A stretch of 49,489 bases of DNA from NCBI GenBank assembly GCA_014361445.1, contig JACIVQ010000004.1:1-49489 (forward strand), read 5' to 3'. This document shows, piece by piece, positions 46,886 to 49,489 of the stretch. The notes beneath the pieces were generated by a model. The model ran no database searches, was not told the origin of the DNA, and saw nothing but the letters and a program-made list of their open reading frames with translations. This DNA comes from Methanosuratincolales archaeon. GTDB lineage: Archaea > Thermoproteota > Methanomethylicia > Methanomethylicales > Methanomethylicaceae. The number at the start of each line of letters is the position of its first letter. Position 1 is the stretch's first letter. The position numbers and the translations under genes were made by a program.

Positions 46886-48325
46886 TTGGACCAAGAAGGG
46901 GAGTCTCCATTACTGAAGAGGGCAGAGTCGATCGCGCGTGATATCCTCTCGATCCCTAAAGAAGAAGAGATCCTGATAATCTCGCACTTAGACGCCGATG
47001 GCATAGCTGCTGGGAGCATATTGCTCCATGCTCTCCTAGACTCTGGGGCAAACCCCTGCCTGAGGATCGTGAAACAATTAGACACGAACACTATAGAAGA
47101 GGTTGCAATTTCATCATCTAACTTCGTAGTTTTTGTTGACATGGGTAGTGGCCAAAAGTCGCTCCTAAAAAAACTCCAAGATAAAGGGAAAAAATTATAC
47201 ATAATCGACCACCATCAACCAGAACCTCCTGAGCTCAAGTCCGAGATCAACCCTCACATGTTTGGTTACAACGGATCAAACGATATCTCTGCGTCTGGGA
47301 CTGCCTACCTAGTGGCCAAAAAGATATCACGTGACAACAATTACATCCCTCAGCTCGCAATCGCTGGAGCTCTAGGGGATCTCCAGGATCGGGGGGAGCG
47401 CGCCTCACTCATTGGACTAAATAAATTGATAGCAGAAGAGGCCGAGGCGAAGGGCCTACTGAAGAGTAAACTGGGTCTGAAGCTTTATGGATTTGAATCC
47501 AGACCATTAGTGCACTGCCTAGCGAACACTATAGAGCCATACCTTCCAGGACTCAGTGGTGACGAAGGGGCCTCTCTTAAATTTATAAAAAGTCTTGGGA
47601 TCGATCCGATGAAACCTGATGGCACCTGGCGCTCTCAAGCAGACCTGTCCAGCAGCGAACTTAGAACACTTCTGAATGGTATAATCAAGTACCTAATCTC
47701 CCAAGGCCTCTCGAGTAAAGAGGCTGAGAGCGTGGTCGGGACGCTCTACATATTTCCTAACGAAGCGCCCGACTCGCCCCTCCGCGACGCTCGCGAATTT
47801 GCATCGTCAATAAATGCGTGCGGGAGGCTGGGCAAGTACGGTCTTGGCGTCTCCATATGCATGGGTGACAGGGGTAAAGCGCTCGAGGAACTCAAGCAGA
47901 CACTTCAAGAATACAGGAAGACAATCTCTAGATACCTTAACTGGATTCAAACCAACAACGAGTCCATTAAGATCTTGCCATACGTCCAGGCAATCAATGG
48001 TGGTAGAGTGGTAGACGATAGGATGATCGGAACTATAATCTCAATCACATATTCAACAAAGCCATTTTCGCTCGAAAAACCAATAGTCGGCTTTGCCATG
48101 TCTTCTGACTGCGTAAAAGTCTCAGCTAGAGCCTCCCCAAGCTTAGTTAAAAAAGGGCTAAACCTTGGCTCACTAATAAAGGAGGCTGCCGAGAAATTTG
48201 GTGGGGCTGGTGGGGGACACAATATTGCAGCTGGCGCACAAATACCCATAGGGACAGAGGAGGCTTTTCTCCAGCACTTGAACGAGTTGATTTCAAAGAA
48301 TATTGGTGAAGGACATGTTGGCTGA
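46886..48325 (+). CDS. DHH phosphoesterase, RecJ/Cdc45-like (GAN-type by synteny)
   Basis: SHLDADG, DMGSG, IDHH, GA.GD.Q, NACGR, VSAR, GGGHNIAAG; between rps15 and pcc1. Confidence 0.9.
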   Translation: MDQEGESPLLKRAESIARDILSIPKEEEILIISHLDADGIAAGSILLHALLDSGANPCLRIVKQLDTNTIEEVAISSSNFVVFVDMGSGQKSLLKKLQDKGKKLYIIDHHQPEPPELKSEINPHMFGYNGSNDISASGTAYLVAKKISRDNNYIPQLAIAGALGDLQDRGERASLIGLNKLIAEEAEAKGLLKSKLGLKLYGFESRPLVHCLANTIEPYLPGLSGDEGASLKFIKSLGIDPMKPDGTWRSQADLSSSELRTLLNGIIKYLISQGLSSKEAESVVGTLYIFPNEAPDSPLRDAREFASSINACGRLGKYGLGVSICMGDRGKALEELKQTLQEYRKTISRYLNWIQTNNESIKILPYVQAINGGRVVDDRMIGTIISITYSTKPFSLEKPIVGFAMSSDCVKVSARASPSLVKKGLNLGSLIKEAAEKFGGAGGGHNIAAGAQIPIGTEEAFLQHLNELISKNIGEGHVG

Positions 48326-48590
48326 GATCCTGATTCGTAGAGACTATCCTTCATCTTCAGTGGCGGAATCCATTAAGAATTCGCTTCAGCCAGACAACAT
48401 CGACGTTCCTGTCGGTACGACCATAGAACTGATCTTGGATAAGACCTCGCTACTGATAAAGGTCTCATCCAAAGACGACATCGCTTCTTTCCTTAGGACC
48501 GTGGATGACCTCCTTACATGCCTCCAGGCAGCAGAAACAACCCTCCATGAACTCGGGCTAGAGACCCCCACAAGACCCTCTGACGATTAA
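48315..48590 (+). CDS. pcc1: KEOPS subunit Pcc1
   Basis: A..I..SL.PDN, ..FLRTVDD.L..L; synteny. Confidence 0.82.
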   Translation: MLAEILIRRDYPSSSVAESIKNSLQPDNIDVPVGTTIELILDKTSLLIKVSSKDDIASFLRTVDDLLTCLQAAETTLHELGLETPTRPSDD

Positions 48591-48640
48591 AAGCTTATAT
48601 TGTTGTTTTACTTTTCACATTTGTTATCGCGGTGAAATGG

Positions 48641-49291
48641 ATGTCTGAACAGAAGGCACCGGCAAAACTGAAAGATAAATGGCGTCAAAAGAAGTGGTAT
48701 GTGGTAATAGCCCCTGCTGCCTTTGGCAACGTCGAACTAGGTAAGACAATGGCAGACGATCCGCAAAAACTTATTGGCAGGGTCCTAGAAACCACACTTT
48801 ACAACATCACCGAAGACTTTTCACAATTGCACATAAAGCTCTACTTTAAGATTGTCAAGGTGGAAGGGGACAAAGCATATACCATATTTAAGGGGCATGA
48901 CCTCGCCCGAGATTACTTGAGAAGCTTAGTCAGGCGTGGGAGCTCACGCATAGACGGGATCTATCCCATAACTTCAAAAGACGGGTACAGGATGAGAATT
49001 GGAATTCTAGCAATCTCGACTGTCAGAACTAAGAGCTCACAGAAACACGCCATTAGGAGGATAATGGAAGAGACTGTAAAGAAGAAGGACGGGCAGCTCC
49101 TCTACGATGAACTCGCCCAACAACTCGTCCTTGGCAAGATCGCCTCCGAGATTTACAACGCTGCAAAATCTGTCTATCCCTTAAGGAAGATAGAGGTTAG
49201 AAAAAGCGAGCTTGTTTCTATAGAGGCACCCGCGCCAGCACCAGCACAAGCACCTGCACCTTCCGTTTCAGAAGCCCAGACCACTCAATAA
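48641..49291 (+). CDS. rps3ae: 30S ribosomal protein eS1 (S3Ae)
   Basis: KDKW..KKWY...AP, GRV.ETTL..IT.D, DYLRSLVRR, YPLR.IEVRKS; Pro/Ala tail. Confidence 0.97.
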   Translation: MSEQKAPAKLKDKWRQKKWYVVIAPAAFGNVELGKTMADDPQKLIGRVLETTLYNITEDFSQLHIKLYFKIVKVEGDKAYTIFKGHDLARDYLRSLVRRGSSRIDGIYPITSKDGYRMRIGILAISTVRTKSSQKHAIRRIMEETVKKKDGQLLYDELAQQLVLGKIASEIYNAAKSVYPLRKIEVRKSELVSIEAPAPAPAQAPAPSVSEAQTTQ

Positions 49292-49299
49292 AAGCATTT

Positions 49300-49365
49300 T
49301 TTATAAAGCGAGTGCCCAGAAAACCTAGAGCTTCAGCTCTGGGATGAATGGGCAAATATTAAATA
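49300..49365 (+). promoter_or_regulatory. Two tandem TATA-like promoters separated by a hairpin
   Basis: tttataaa (49300-49307) and ttaaata (49359-49365, preceded by gcaaa); hairpin cctagagc-ttca-gctctggg (49324-49343). Confidence 0.5.
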
Positions 49366-49389
49366 CTTCTATTTCAAAGTTAAAGTTGA

Positions 49390-49489
49390 GGATGTTCCGA
49401 TGACTGATGAAGCCGTGTTGGCTGAGGTGAGACGGGCAGATTAGCCCATGCCTTAACGAGAGGCATGGGATGGGGGAGGAGCGACGCCC
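49390..49489 (+). ncRNA. Structured GC-rich RNA with C/D (K-turn) motifs, truncated by the window end: pre-rRNA leader or sRNA
   Basis: TGATGA (49405-49410) and CTGA (49422-49425) around agcc/ggct hairpin, enclosed by ccg/cgg; 9-bp stem cccatgcct/aggcatggg (49445-49469); no credible ORF. Confidence 0.45.

Noticed and set aside
49404-49428. Hammerhead ribozyme core (CUGAUGA-stem-GA)
   Set aside because: The required GAAA reads GAGG and stems I/III with a UH site are not evident.

Overview
Archaeal chromosome segment of TACK/Thermoproteota type. A Methanomethylicia- or Bathyarchaeia-like lineage is my inference, not a database result. Bases 1-3.6 kb are a decaying accessory patch: a UDP-sugar dehydrogenase pseudogene, an intact AAA_14/DUF4143 ATPase plus a remnant paralog, an IS200/IS605 tnpB remnant, a Cys-rich orphan gene and a C/D box sRNA with a 23S rRNA guide. 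The rest is the conserved translation/transcription supercluster: rpl3 to secY-adk-cmk-cbf5; tRNA-Ser with two introns; rps13-rps4-rps11-rpoD-rpl18e-rpl13-rps9-rpoN-rps2; isoprenoid genes; gltX; rpl7ae-rps28e-rpl24e-ndk-infB-rps6e-eif2g; rpoE1-spt4; KEOPS genes; rps15-DHH-pcc1-rps3ae. Top finding: the aIF5B (infB) gene is interrupted in its switch-I region by a 27-nt insert (35590-35616) carrying an in-frame TAG. The insert folds into a canonical bulge-helix-bulge motif whose standard cleavage restores the conserved GAMT-QHIGAS sequence exactly, so it looks like a tRNA-type intron in an essential protein-coding mRNA. Other notable items are an isopentenyl phosphate kinase with no canonical start codon (ACG candidate), a degenerate mevalonate kinase, a 24-aa basic ORF heading the ribosomal operon, long charged tails on several ribosomal proteins, and a K-turn-rich structured RNA at the window end.
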